Below are positions 22,099-34,139 of a stretch of 35,210 nucleotides of DNA, piece by piece. Numbering within the stretch: position 1 is the stretch's first letter; each line of letters opens with the position of its first letter. Position numbers and translations under genes: made by a program. Source of the DNA: Octopus sinensis (taxonomy: Eukaryota); contig NW_021829875.1 of assembly GCF_006345805.1 (NCBI RefSeq), forward strand, positions 1 through 35,210. Reading direction: 5' to 3'. The notes under the pieces were generated by a model. It was given only the letters and a program-made list of their open reading frames with translations, did not search any database and was not told where the DNA came from.

Positions 22099-22580
22099 CA
22101 ATTACCTCCGCCCCAGTACACACTGGTACCTACTTTATTGACCCTGAAAGAATCAAAGACTAAGTTGACTTCGGCATTATTTGAATTCAATCACTACACT
22201 ACTGATAATCTTTTCTAGTCTAGGTGCAAGTCCCGAAATTTGGGGGAGTGGGGCCAATCGATTAGATCGACTTCAGTACGCAACAGGTACTTAATTTATC
22301 AACCCCGGAAGGTAAAAGGCAAAGTTGACCTCGGTGGATTTTAAACTCAGAAAGTAGCAGCAGACGAAATACCTATTTCTTTACTACCCACAAGAGGCTA
22401 TACACAGAGGGGACAAACAAGGACAGACAAACGGATGAAGTCGATTACATCGACACCAGTGCAAACTGGTACTTAATTTATTGACCCCTCGGCGGAATTT
22501 GAACTCAGAACGTATAGACGGACAAAGTGCCGCTAAGCGTTTAGTCTGACGTTCTAACCCTTCTGACAGATCGCCACCTC
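22099..22580 (-). mobile_element. Tandem SINE family B cluster (mirror at 19966-20446)
   Basis: Repeated gtacttaattta and gaactcaga motifs, with head ttctgacagatcgccacc. Confidence 0.85.
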
Positions 22581-22859
22581 GTAGATACTACAATACTAAT
22601 ATCCGAATAATAAGCAATCTACAATACTAATAATTACTACAATACTAATAATAAGCAATCTATTTATTTAACTATTTTCATCTTCCCTTCTGCCACTGAG
22701 GATAACAAATGTGTCCATTCCTTATTTTTAGAGACAATATCATCCTCAAATCCAAAGTAATTTTCCAAGAAATTCTTTCTCAAATTCTTATATTTTCTGC
22801 AGCAAGATTAAATTACGATTCTGATTTTTCTTTTAATTTCAGTTTTCCCCTGCTCCCTT

Positions 22860-23422
22860 CCTAACAGAATTAAGCAATAGTAACACATTAACACACTTTC
22901 ATTGTTGTGTCATCAACAGCATTCCCAAACATTTTAACCTGCTAGAAATAACAGCCACATCTCCAGGGCTTATTTGAGTCAACGAGAGGAGGCAAAGGAG
23001 AGGACTTTCGACCTGACCCAAGACTTACACCAATTCTATAGACAGGCCAGAGAAGATCTTTCGATAGGCTACACAAAGAGACTAAATTAAAATATTGGAA
23101 TAAGAAATGCTTAACATTCTCAAGTTTGACAGAAAAAACACAATCATGCCAGCAAGTTACGTTTGTTGAAAAGAAATGTTTCACCCTTTAAAAGAAAATC
23201 ACTCAGCCAAAATGCACAAATGATAATACTTGTGTTAACAACACAGCAAGCTTTTTCCATGAGGAAACTGTGAAAGGCAAGAAAGAAGACAAGACAACAC
23301 AACAATAACAGTAACAAACTGCCAGCATTACATGGACATGTGGCAACCACTTATGATTCACAAACAAAAATGAGTGAGGAACTCAGATTCTAAAATCACA
23401 GCTTGCATCGAAGTTTCAGCAG
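22860..23422 (+). mobile_element. Possible Helitron Rep-helicase linker remnant (orientation opposite to the other Helitron pieces)
   Basis: ISRAYLSQREE / GEDF...TGQRRSFDRL loosely resembles IGRxYxVSPxEGERFYLRLLL..GxTSFxDL, and TITVTNCQ...MWQ resembles IL..CxP..LW. The match is weak. Confidence 0.4.
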
Positions 23423-23589
23423 AACTTCACATTTTACATACGTAAAGCAAAGCATGAAAGAACAAACCCAACAAGGGTTGAGGAAAACGACTACTGACAA
23501 CATGTGGCATTCTTTCGATATGAGTCCCATTTATATCACGTGTAATTGTTTACATTTAAGAAGACGTCAATTCCGTAAAATTTTAATTT

Positions 23590-23668
23590 TTTTTATATAT
23601 GTGGGGTTAGGGTTAGGGGTGGGGGAAGGGTATCCTTTTTCTTCAGAAATGTAAATAAACCCAAGTGA
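23590..23668. mobile_element. MITE family 2 fragment
   Basis: ggggttagggttaggggtgggggaagggtatcctttttcttcagaaatgtaaataaaccca, as at ~15590-15650. Confidence 0.7.
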
Positions 23669-23894
23669 CAGTTATGTTACTAGTACCGAATGATCGCCCA
23701 ACATGTTATCTGCGATCAACGAAATGCTGAGAGAACCACTAGGATACATACGTTACATTAAATACATATATACATTTATACATACGTGCACATAGATACA
23801 CGCACATATACATATATATACATCCATACACACAAGCAAATTGATACATACACAGGTATACAAATATACATAAACATATATACATATGTACATA

Positions 23895-24024
23895 CGTAGT
23901 GGCCGTATGGTAAGTAGCCTGCTTACCAACCACATGGTTCTGGGTTCAGTCCCACTGCGTGGCACCTTGGGTAAGAGTCTTCTACTAAAGCCTCGGACCA
24001 ACCAAAGCCTTGAGAGTGGAATGT
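23895..24024 (+). mobile_element. SINE family A, 5' part
   Basis: gtggccgtatggtaagtagcctgcttaccaaccacatggttctgggttcagtcccactgcgtggcaccttggg. Confidence 0.9.
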
Positions 24025-24131
24025 ATATATTATATGTATATATATATATATAATATATATATACCTAACCTTTATTACCCTTAAGGACCACAAAGCTGAA
24101 TTTCTCTCTCTCTCTCTCTTCTCTCTCTATA

Positions 24132-24168
<37 letters not shown>

Positions 24169-24746
24169 GACATGTATATATGTGTTTATATGTATATATA
24201 CGTATACGCACAAAGACAGTCGTACATCACCCACAAGCACATGCGCACACACACTCCTAAAGTATTATATACACGCATGCACAGTCACACATAGCGGCAC
24301 ATAGAAATTGAAACAGTGTGCACCGGCGCCACCGACAGCAATAACAACATGAAGCCTTTTGACCTAATTCACACTAACTTTGTCAACAAAATACAAACCC
24401 CAAATTAATGGGAATTTAATGATATAATTTCAAACTAATTAACGACAGAAAATATTTATGAAAGATTAATGTATAGCAAGTTAATAGCGACAAACAGACA
24501 GACAAAGACGTGTGTGTGTGTGGGGGGATATGCAGAGCCTTAGAATGTTCGATAAGTTACCTTGTGCTAATCCTTCCAACTCTCTGATTTCTCAGTTCAA
24601 ATCCCATCAACATCTTCTTCCTTCGTTTCAGGGTTTCAAGATCCAGTTCTGGGGTTGATGCTTCCTTTTCTCCAACTTTATCTTTCCGTTGGCCCCTTTC
24701 TCTCATTCAGGAAGAAATGAGATGATGCCTGACATGGAAGAGGATG

Positions 24747-24866
<120 letters not shown>

Positions 24867-25107
24867 CAAACATATTAGAGGGATGACCTGTAAGCGGACA
24901 TCCATTATGCTAGAAGTAGATCCGCTATGGTCTTACCACTAAGAAAGAAATGTTCTCAAGAAAAATTACCAAACACCAGAACGTAGCGAGCAAGACAAAT
25001 GAAAAGATACGATATATATTTATATGTATATACATATTATATATATATATATATATATAATATATATATATATAAATATGTATATACATATAAATATATG
25101 ACCCCGC

Positions 25108-25188
<81 letters not shown>

Positions 25189-25971
25189 ATATTATGGTGA
25201 ATGAAGAAATGGGGGGTTTCCTTGACAAGGCAGGCTTAGATGAACACACACACACATATAAAACATAATATAATATTTTTTTCTGCCACCCAACGGTTCT
25301 CACTGCAGTAGCCACTGACAGCCGAACGATCAAACGCACACACGTACACAAAAAATGTTTTCTACCCCTACGCCAGCACACACATATATAGAACAGTAGA
25401 CACACACACGTCTCTAAGTAGATTTTTTCTCGCCCCTTATAAAACATCCATATTCCTTAAATAGTCAGAACTTTATTCTCGGTCACAAAGAACATCTACA
25501 CACCCTCACCCACATGATTGACCGATGCCTGACCTGTTAAATTCTTCAGCCACCGGTTCTCAACATACTCTGATAAACAGTTTCGCCATGGGCTCTTAGG
25601 AGCCTAGTTCGATTTGTTGCTCGCAGCCTCTGTTCTGTTTTGTTTTTTCCAACGGATTTCCTATTTTCTTCCTGAAGAGAAAGACACAATATGGTCCCAT
25701 TATTCAATCGGATTTTGGTAAATTGTGCCTTTCGAAACACGTGTAGAATGAATTAAAAACGATTCTGTTCAATCTGCGTTCAGCTCCATTTCTTCAATTC
25801 ACCAATAATATTTTAATATTTTAATTTCAATTATCCGCACCAACGCACGGTTGCAACACCATATGGTTGTACCTCCAATCGTGCTGTTTACTGCTGTGAT
25901 TTTTGCTACCAAGGTATCGGTTAAACTTTTGATTAATCTACTACAAGATTATTCATCTTTCTATTTCACAT

Positions 25972-26003
<32 letters not shown>

Positions 26004-26005
26004 AT

Positions 26006-27062
26006 ATATCAACAATTGGGGGTAAAAATAATTAATTAATCAATTTCACCAAGTGTTCAGTATGTAAAAGGACCATTTAAGGCGAATTCAAAATATTACA
26101 TTATATAATTAGGGCTTAGTAAAATAAATTACTTGCCACATACTGAACTAAGTAGAAATAGCAGCCAAAAAAATTTTCTTAGCATTTCTACTACTTAAAG
26201 AAAAATTTCTCTCAGATAATGTTTACTCTAGACAGCTCACGAAGGTTTGGGGGTAAATACAGAAAAATATCACAAGTACATAGATCGTTTGAGTACGTCA
26301 ACGTTTCAAGATTAGCCAAATAAAATCAGCATTTCTATCGTCAGCTCAAAATTTCTTAATTTGGATTTGGAAACACTAAAAAGAAGGAACTTTACCTATC
26401 AGCGAACTACTCGCTTCAGATGAACCACTCCAACTAACAGTGTCAACAAATTCAAAATGCGCAGGCGTAAAATTCTGCACTCCCCATTCCACGCACGTGG
26501 TCTATCTAGCAAACATTATATTTTAACCGCGAGAACCGAGGTAGTATGACCGAGAGAAATGAATTATAATATCAACAATTGAGGGTAAAATTAATTAATT
26601 AATCAATTTCACCAAGTGTTAAGTATGTTCTCGCGGTTAAAATATAATGTTTGCTAGATAGACCACGTGGGTGGAATGGGGAGTGCAGAATTTTACGCCC
26701 TGCGCATTTTGAATTGTTGACACTGTTAGTTGGAGTGGTTCATCTGAAGCGAGTAGTTCGCTGATAGGTAAAGTTCCTTCTTTTTAGTGTTTCCAAATCC
26801 AAATTAAGAAATTTTGAGCTGACGATAGAAATGCTGATTTTATTTGGCTAATCTTGAAACGTTGACGTACTCAAACGATCTATGTACTTGTGATATTTTT
26901 CTGTATTTACCCCCAAACCTTCGTGAGCTGTCTAGAGTAAACATTATCTGAGAGAAATTTTTCTTTAAGTAGTAGAAATGCTAAGAAAATTTTTTTTGGC
27001 TGCTATTTCTACTTAGTTCAGTATGTGGCAAAGTAATTTATTTTACTAAGCCCTAATTATAT
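26006..27062. mobile_element. Penelope-related element with inverted duplication and partial direct terminal repeat
   Basis: ~26101-26535 is the reverse complement of 26628-27062, and ~26006-26065 is repeated at ~26569-26627. It shares motifs with the 12.3-13.2 kb unit (ctatttcta..gtatgtggc; catac[t/c]gaa..tac..gg; attt[t]tacc). CTGACGA...GAAAC occurs at 26819-26860. Confidence 0.7.
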
Positions 27063-27110
27063 ATATATATATACATACATATATATTATATATATATATA
27101 TAATATATAT

Positions 27111-27150
<40 letters not shown>

Positions 27151-27154
<4 letters not shown>

Positions 27155-27551
27155 AGTGGCTGTTTGGTAAGTAGCCTGCTAACCAACCACTGGTCCCGGG
27201 TTCAGTCCCACTGCGTGGCATCTTTGGCAATTGTCTACTGCTATAGCCCCGGGCCGACCAATGCCTTGTGAGTGGATTTGGTAGACAGAAACTGAAAGAA
27301 GCCTGTCGTATATATGTATTATATATATGTGTGCGTATGTGTTTGTGTGTCTGTGTTTGTCCCCCTAGCATTGCTTGACAACAGATGCTGGTGTGTTTAC
27401 GTCCCCGTCACTTAGCGGTTCGGCAAAAGAGACCGATAGAATAAGTACTGGGCTTACAAAGAATAAGTCCCGGGGTCGATTTGCTCGACTAAAGGCGGTG
27501 CTCCAGCATGGCCGCAGTCAAATGACTGAAACAAGTAAAAGAGTAAAAGAG
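27151..27551 (+). mobile_element. SINE family A, full-length
   Basis: Head ggagtggctgtttggtaagtagc through tail ggcggtgctccagcatggccgcagtcaaatgactgaaacaagtaaaagag. Confidence 0.92.
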
Positions 27552-27701
27552 TATATATGTGTGTGTGCGTATGTGTGTGTACACATATACATAAGAAGCC
27601 CGTCATATATATATATATTTATATTTATATGTATATACATATAAATATATGAGCCCGTGGTATATATATATATATATATATATATATTTACACACACACA
27701 G

Positions 27702-27779
<78 letters not shown>

Positions 27780-27781
<2 letters not shown>

Positions 27782-28480
27782 GTTACTACATTGGCGTTGG
27801 CCATTAAAACAGACAACACACATTTAACAATAAACGGTGAAATGCTTTTATTACTCACAAGATACAAAGAGATTTCAATGGGTTTAATCGACATACGTGG
27901 GCCTCTCTCTTTCTCTCTCATAGTTTTTCAAACAACTATGAAAAATTTAGGTCACACCAAATGAACTGAATTAGACTTTGAGCGGGTAAATAGTACAAAC
28001 ACCATTCAGCTTAAAATCGATAAACACATATGAGAAATTCACGTAAATGAAGGAGTGGCAGAATATTGAGAGAGAGAATAATGAAAGGAGATACAAAGAA
28101 TAAACAGATAAAGAAGAAGAAAAAAAGCAATGACTGCCATAACGTATCTCCTGCTAAAGTTACACTATATTTAATTATGTAATTGAATACAATTTATTCA
28201 TTCTCGCGAACCAGAACAGACTGGAACGGATTATTAAAGACTGGAACGGATTATTAAAGACTGGAACGGATTATTAAAGACGGGAACGGATTATTAAAGA
28301 CTGGAACGGATTATTAAAGACTGGAACGGATTATTAAAGACTTGAACGGATTATTAAAGACTGGAACGGATTATTAAAGACGGGAACGGATTATTAAAGA
28401 CTTCCACTGCTGAAAATATTTTGCCTTGCGGTAAAGTAAAGATTTTTCGACTCTTATAAGTTAAGATAGAATTAATTTAT
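27780..28480 (+). other. Segment paralogous to 14235-14760, upstream of the ankyrin gene
   Basis: See shared blocks listed for 14235-14760. Confidence 0.75.
28218..28402 (+). repeat. 20-bp minisatellite (ctggaacggattattaaaga) x9
   Basis: Units start every 20 nt from 28221 to 28381. Variants differ only at positions 2-3 (ctg/cgg/ctt). Confidence 0.97.
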
Positions 28481-28502
28481 CAATTAATGTATGTATGTAT
28501 GT

Positions 28503-28700
28503 AGGTACTACTTAAGAAGAGTGGTCCCGGTGCGTGCACTCGCGCATCCGCGCTAGCTAGTCGTGACTAGTCGATCCTTACTTTGTGTTTTATTTACTTT
28601 GCTAGGTAGTCGTTTTAGGATCGACTAGTTACGACTAGCTAGCGTGGATGCGCGAGTGCGCAAGTACGCGCACGGGGACCACTCTTCTTAAGTAGTACCT
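28503..28700. mobile_element. MITE family 1, intact (198 bp)
   Basis: TIR aggtactacttaagaagagtggtccc[g/c]gtgcg (32 bp, one mismatch), with further internal symmetry (ctagctagtcgtgactagtcgatcc). Confidence 0.92.
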
Positions 28701-29207
28701 GTATTATGTATTATGTATGTATATCTTTTCTAATGGCTTGAGACTCGAACCCCTCTCGTTTCTCCTCCGGTGTTTCGTGTGACAACAGGTGGACTTGCCT
28801 CGTCGTTTGAAACCGGAGTTTTATTTCTCGTTACTGTCGTGTCACCACGGCATTTCTTTGGCATTGGTGCCTGTCCTGCCTCTTTCCATGGCCCTCCCAC
28901 TTCTGGAGCGTCGGACTTCAGATTATTGAAAAATATTATGTTGTCTTCTACGCATCACACTGAATGTTCTGAAATAAAATATCTAAAAAATCCACAATAA
29001 ATCCCGTCACATGTAATTCATTTTTGTTGTTTCGAAATTCAATGACGTCTTCTTATTTCATTCATTTACCAAACTTCATAAAAATCGGTCCAGCAAATTT
29101 TCAATTATATTTATCTTTATGTGGGTCTATGTGTGTACACTCATAGATACGCAAACATATTTACGTACACCTATGGATGTGCGTGCATATACTTGTGTGT
29201 GTGTATA

Positions 29208-29556
29208 TAGGCGGCGAGCTGACAGAAACGTTAGCACGCTGGGCGAAATGCTTAGCGGCATTTCGTTCGCCGTTACGTTCTGAGTTCAAATTCCGCCGAG
29301 GTCGACTTTGCCTTTCATCTTTTCGGGTTCGATTAATTAAGTACCAGTTACACACTGGGGTCGATGTAATCGACTTAATCCCTTGGTCTGTCTTTGTTTG
29401 TCCCCTCTGTGGGTAATAAAGAAATAGGTATTTCGTCTGCCGGTACATTCTGAATTCAAATCCGCCGAGGTCGACTTTGCCTTTCATCCTTTCACCCGTT
29501 TCTCTGTCCTTGTTTGTCCCCTCTATGTTTAGCCCCTTGTGGGTAATAAACAAATA
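29208..29556 (+). mobile_element. SINE family B with duplicated 3' part
   Basis: ggcggcgagctgacagaaacgttagcacgctgggcgaaatgc...gagttcaaattccgccgaggtcgactttgcc (the latter motif occurs twice). Confidence 0.92.
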
Positions 29557-29720
29557 TATACTGGTATGTGTGTGTTCGTGCATTGACGTTGTTTACATTT
29601 CGTACATCGACGAAATATGTGAAAACTTGTTAATCTTGGGAAAGGACATATTTTGAAAACATGAATTTAATATTGACTAATAATAAAGGGGTGGAACTGA
29701 ACCCGTGTGTGTGTTAATAA

Positions 29721-29837
29721 TGACTCACCCTGTGTGGGAAGAAGCTTACTTCCCTCATTACTGTGTGGACGGGTTCTTCTTGTGACGCCTTTGTATACCA
29801 ACGTCGTGAATTATTGAAGCACAGCTACCAGGTAAGA
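29721..29837 (+). promoter_or_regulatory. Candidate non-coding first exon of the ankyrin gene
   Basis: AP-1-like TGACTCA (29721), Inr-like TCATT (29755) and a strong donor ccag|gtaaga (GT at 29832). There is an in-frame stop upstream if joined to 32667. Confidence 0.35.
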
Positions 29838-30142
29838 CATTTGTTTTGGGGGGATTTAGTGGGGGTTTGTTGCGCGTGTTTATTTATATTCGTCGAACAA
29901 GAAATCTCCACAGAGTTCCTGGCAAATTCTCTGCATGTGTGTGTGAAGTCTCACTTAACGGTGGGAAGTGTGTTTGGTGGGGCGTATCCCTCCTAAAACT
30001 GTGCTTCATTTTTGTGACTGTTTTGTGCCCTTGCCAGGGGGATTACCAAGTTGGCCAGGAGTAATAGGACAGCCAGAAGAATTTGCTGTTTTGTTTCAAC
30101 TGTTTCTCGTCTTCTTCCTTCCTTCCTGTATGTTTGCTCTCC

Positions 30143-30216
30143 TATAGCCCCGGGCCGACCAAAGCCTTGTGAGTGGATTTGGAAGATGGAAACTGAAAGA
30201 AACCCGTTGTGTGTAC

Positions 30217-30268
<52 letters not shown>

Positions 30269-30490
30269 TGTGTGTGTGTGTGTTCTTTTATTCTTTTATA
30301 TGTTTCAACCATTTGACTGAAGCCATGCTGGAGCACCGCCTTTTAGTCAAAGAAATCAACCCAGGACTTATTCTTTGAAAGTCTGGTACTTATTCTATCA
30401 GGTCTTTTGCCGAACCACTAGGTTATGGGGACGTAAACACACTAACAGTGATTGGCAAGTGATGAAGTGAGGACAAACACACACACACAC
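30143..30490. mobile_element. Two SINE A fragments (plus 30143-30215, minus ~30283-30490)
   Basis: ccccgggccgaccaaagccttgtgagtgg and gccatgctggagcaccgcc...ggggacgtaaacac. Confidence 0.85.
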
Positions 30491-30494
30491 ACAC

Positions 30495-31130
30495 TTCAAT
30501 GTACAGAAAACAAAAGACGAAGACAGGTGAAGGCACAACAGGCAGGTGAATTAGTTTGGTGCTTGGGAAACAAATGGGAAAGTCTTTGATGATTCAAGCC
30601 TACAGTCTTCGAGAGAATAGATTGAGAGGAAAATATGGGGAAAGAACGAAAAGAAAAGGAGAGAAAATATGTACCGAATAACAGTTCAACATAATGAAAT
30701 GACCAGAGGAAAGGGGCTTAGTGAAAAAGTGTTATTAACGGTGACCCTTTTGAAGTAAGGAGTGAAAGCATGTGTGTGCACATGTGTGTGCGTTAGTGCA
30801 TTGAGTGTGTGTGGGTGTGTGCATAATGGTGTGTGGTGTAAGCACTGAGTTGAACACTGCGCAGGGGTGTTCGTATGTGTCTATCTCAAATGCCATCTTA
30901 TCGTCCTTAGGGTACATTCTGCATACGTAATTACCTTTATCTGGTTTGACGACCGGCTGGTGTCATTCCTGACTTCCCGTCCAATCCTTGTAATCAGCGC
31001 TGGTGAAACTTTCTTTGGCCAACAGGTCGATTTCTTTCAATCCATATGCTTGAGGGTCTTTAAAGGATTTCGGTTTTGCTGATAGCTTGTTGTGAAAGAC
31101 CTTACTTCTGGACCTCTGCAATTCTACTTA
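30495..31130 (-). mobile_element. Internally deleted Penelope-like element (pre-RT remnant, CA-rich body, terminal repeat)
   Basis: VVKPDKGNYVCRMYPKDDKMAFEID resembles PLE IKPADKGN.VV.M...Y..K. The downstream part is the reverse complement of 10060-10720. Confidence 0.6.
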
Positions 31131-31299
31131 GTTCAAAATCTGTCGATATTTTAGCTTTGCCTATTGTTGGTGTGAAATACAGGGCGTAACTAGCAATTGC
31201 TGACACAGTGAAAGCTTGAACATAAATGCCAGAATTTTTATAGTTTATACAAAATTTAATTGTTTTATTTTTCATGGCCTTAAATTTTTGAGCAGACAA

Positions 31300-31766
31300 A
31301 ATATTGTTCGTTTTCATACAATGCATATTTTCAGCACTAAATGATAAACATTTCTTTAGGTTTTCGTGTTTTCTTTTGTTGTTTGCCAGTTTAGAATCTG
31401 TGATGAAAAATAGTCAAACATCGATCTGCAAGGAGTTCATTTCAGCAGTTTTTGCACTGGTCCGTAGTTTATTTTGCAGCAGTGTACGAAGGGCTTCTCT
31501 CTACTTATGTCTACTTAATCCACTCAGAAGCATTGATTAACCATGGGATTATAAAAGAAGGTACTTGCCCAAGGTGTCATACAGTAGAAATGAACTGAAA
31601 CCCATGTAATATATATTCACAAATACATACATACATATTACGTATGTATGTTTGCATGGGTTGGACAGTTTGACTGAGGACTGGCGAGTCAGAAGGCTTC
31701 ACCAGGCTCCAATCTGATCTGGCAAAGTTTCTACAGCTGGATGCCCTTCCTACATATATATATATA

Positions 31767-31858
<92 letters not shown>

Positions 31859-32875
31859 TAGATAGATAGATAGATAGATAGATAAAGTGCGTGTCTATTT
31901 TCATTAATTTATGCATGTATATGTGTGTGTACATGTATGTGTACACACACACATACATATGTGTGTGTGTATTGATCGAAACAATTTGAATAATATATAT
32001 ATTATTCAAATCAGCTTCATTCGGATTCTGTACTACATAAATCCGAATCAAACTTATATTTGAATAATAAATGTAATTTCCAAGAAAAGTGTTGAGTGCC
32101 CGTTCTTTCATTTGTCCAATCATATATAAATATGAGGGAAATTTGTTGAGTAGTTATCAAATTAACAAATAGTCATAAAATAAGATTTCTAAAGTCACAT
32201 GTTGATAGTGTCAATCGAAATAGTATTGAAATAGATGAGATCAAATCAAAAATTCATACAAGAGGATTTATTAGACAAACATTATTTTCTGTGGATAATT
32301 TAATTATTTTTCCGAAATTTACCTTTCTTCGTAGCGTCAATTTCTAGTTTATGTGAAGTCTGTCCCCTCAGCTGATCACCGGACTGTACATTCCAATATT
32401 CAGGGTTTAATTGTAACCACTCGGACTGTAATAAGCAGAGGAATGTAGCTAACCTAGAGACACAACACAATGACTGTTGTTAGGTTTATTAGTGTCAAGA
32501 AGAACATTCAGCTCTAAATAATACTTTAGTTAGCCTGACCTTTCCAATATTTATGTTGTCTTATGCAAGATTTTAGAACCATCAACTCGAGTATATTGTT
32601 ATTTACTTCATTTTATAAGTTTTTAAAAACTTTTACTTTCTTTCGTTTGCATTTTTTATTCAAAAGACATGGACATTAAAAAAATCAAGGAGAAAATTGA
32701 ATCTGGGGACATCGAAGGTGCGAAAAGCATGATAGAAAGCCGTTCAGACAGAGTAAGTTGTTCATTGTATTGCCTTCTCAAAGTTGGTTATTTGTTTATT
32801 ATTTGATACACAATTTGAAACCTTCCTAACGAACCACATGTATTTGTCCATATTTCATATCTTTCTTCACGTCTT
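31300..32875 (+). other. Right arm of inverted segmental duplication (partner 3215-4450)
   Basis: See left arm. It is interrupted by an independent RTE-tail insertion at ~31650-31752 and by microsatellites. Confidence 0.9.
32669..32752 (+). CDS. Ankyrin-repeat protein, first coding exon
   Basis: Polypyrimidine tract and caaaag|acATG, then MDIKKIKEKIESGDIEGAKSMIESRSDR, then a phase-0 donor AGA|gtaagt compatible with the next exon. Confidence 0.75.
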
Positions 32876-32889
32876 TCTACTATTTTGCA

Positions 32890-33090
32890 TCGTTGGTAGT
32901 TTTTATAAATCCTGAACCAAACCTTGAAGCATGCCAGAGTTGATGGAATGTGAGGGAGAGAGAAGCCCATCATCACACACTGCAAGGGAGTATTCTGGCA
33001 GGAAATACTCAGTCCAAGAGGTAGATCGGGTCATTAGATGAGTGATTACGGTGTCAAGAAGTTCTCTTGCCACAAACAAGGGTTTCTTGG
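32890..33090 (-). mobile_element. CR1/L2-like LINE RT remnant (intronic)
   Basis: WTEYFLPEYSLAVCDDGLLSPSHSINSGMLQGLVQDL resembles W...FL..R...V...G..S....V.SGVPQGSVLGP. Confidence 0.6.
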
Positions 33091-33550
33091 TGATAGGGCC
33101 GACACGATTTCTTTTACAGAAGTTGTCAAACATTTGAAAATACTGGTGAGTCACGTAGGAATCAAACCCCAGCTTGATCTAGCTTTATACAACTGTACTG
33201 GTGTCAATTGAATATACAGAGAAAGTTATTCTCCCTCTGTTTTCACTTTTAAGGAACAAAGATGATGGTTGTTTATGACTTTTTACTTGAAATCTGAAAA
33301 ATTAATAGTCAGCAGATGGGATACTGTGAGGAAGAATATAGATCAGGGCTTCCCAAAGAGGGTAGTACAACCCATGGGAATAGGCTGTGGAATGGAAAAT
33401 TTTACAAGGACTCTCTCTTCCCTCTCTCTCTCACTCTCTCTGTCCCCTCTCTCTCTCTCTCGCTCTCTCTCCTCTCTATCTCTCTCTCGCTCCCCCTCCC
33501 TCTCTCTCTCCTTTGATATATTTCAAAAGCCTTTACTTTCTTCACTTCAG

Positions 33551-33702
33551 ATTAACCTAAGAGATTCAAACGGTAAAACTTATCTGATGGCTGCTTCTGC
33601 AGAGGGCAACATAGTTTTAATAAACTTGTTAATAGATGCTGGAGCAGATTTGGACAAGAGAGACACAAGGGGTCGGACAGCTTTTTATCATGCTGTGTTT
33701 GG
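33551..33702 (+). CDS. Ankyrin-repeat protein, ankyrin exon
   Basis: Acceptor cttcacttcag|, then INLRDSNGKTYLMAASAEGNIVLINLLIDAGADLDKRDTRGRTAFYHAVFG, then donor GG|gtaagt. Canonical G.T.L..A..G....V..LI..GAD...D..G.TA pattern. Confidence 0.9.
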
Positions 33703-34139
33703 GTAAGTTCAGAATTACCTAAAATCTCCAGATCTGTTTTTGTTTCTCGATTTCTTCCAATTTCAGACAGGTTAAATATCCAAAGATGCCATAGTAGTAG
33801 CAGTGGAACAACAGGATGACAACATGACAACAGTAACCAACAACAACTTCTTATTTTTATCCATGTATCCAATTCGTTATGCATTATTGAAGCATAAAAA
33901 CGTTTTCTGAGATTTGCTGTCAAAACAAAATATTTTTTGATTTGGAGATAATCTTTGAAAGGCAAACATTCTTAAGATTGACCCAGTGTGATGCAGCATC
34001 CTCTGTTAGTATTGATTATGGAGGGATGAAACAAATTTCCTCCAAAGAAGATTCTGTTTCAGCTCTAAGACAGGACGAAAGATTTTGTTGCTTGTTATGG
34101 CAGCAAGAATCTGTAAACTTTCTCTCAATGATTTTATCT

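Noticed and set aside
28218-28402. CRISPR-like array
   Set aside because: These are head-to-tail 20-bp units with no unique spacers and no cas genes, in a eukaryotic context.
28770-29000. 76-aa plus ORF and an open minus-strand frame
   Set aside because: No recognisable motif, no convincing start or splice context, and no paralogous counterpart.
33269-33550. N-terminal part of the 145-aa ORF 33269-33706
   Set aside because: It reads through a (CT)n intron tract. Only 33551-33702, bounded by splice sites, is ankyrin-coding.
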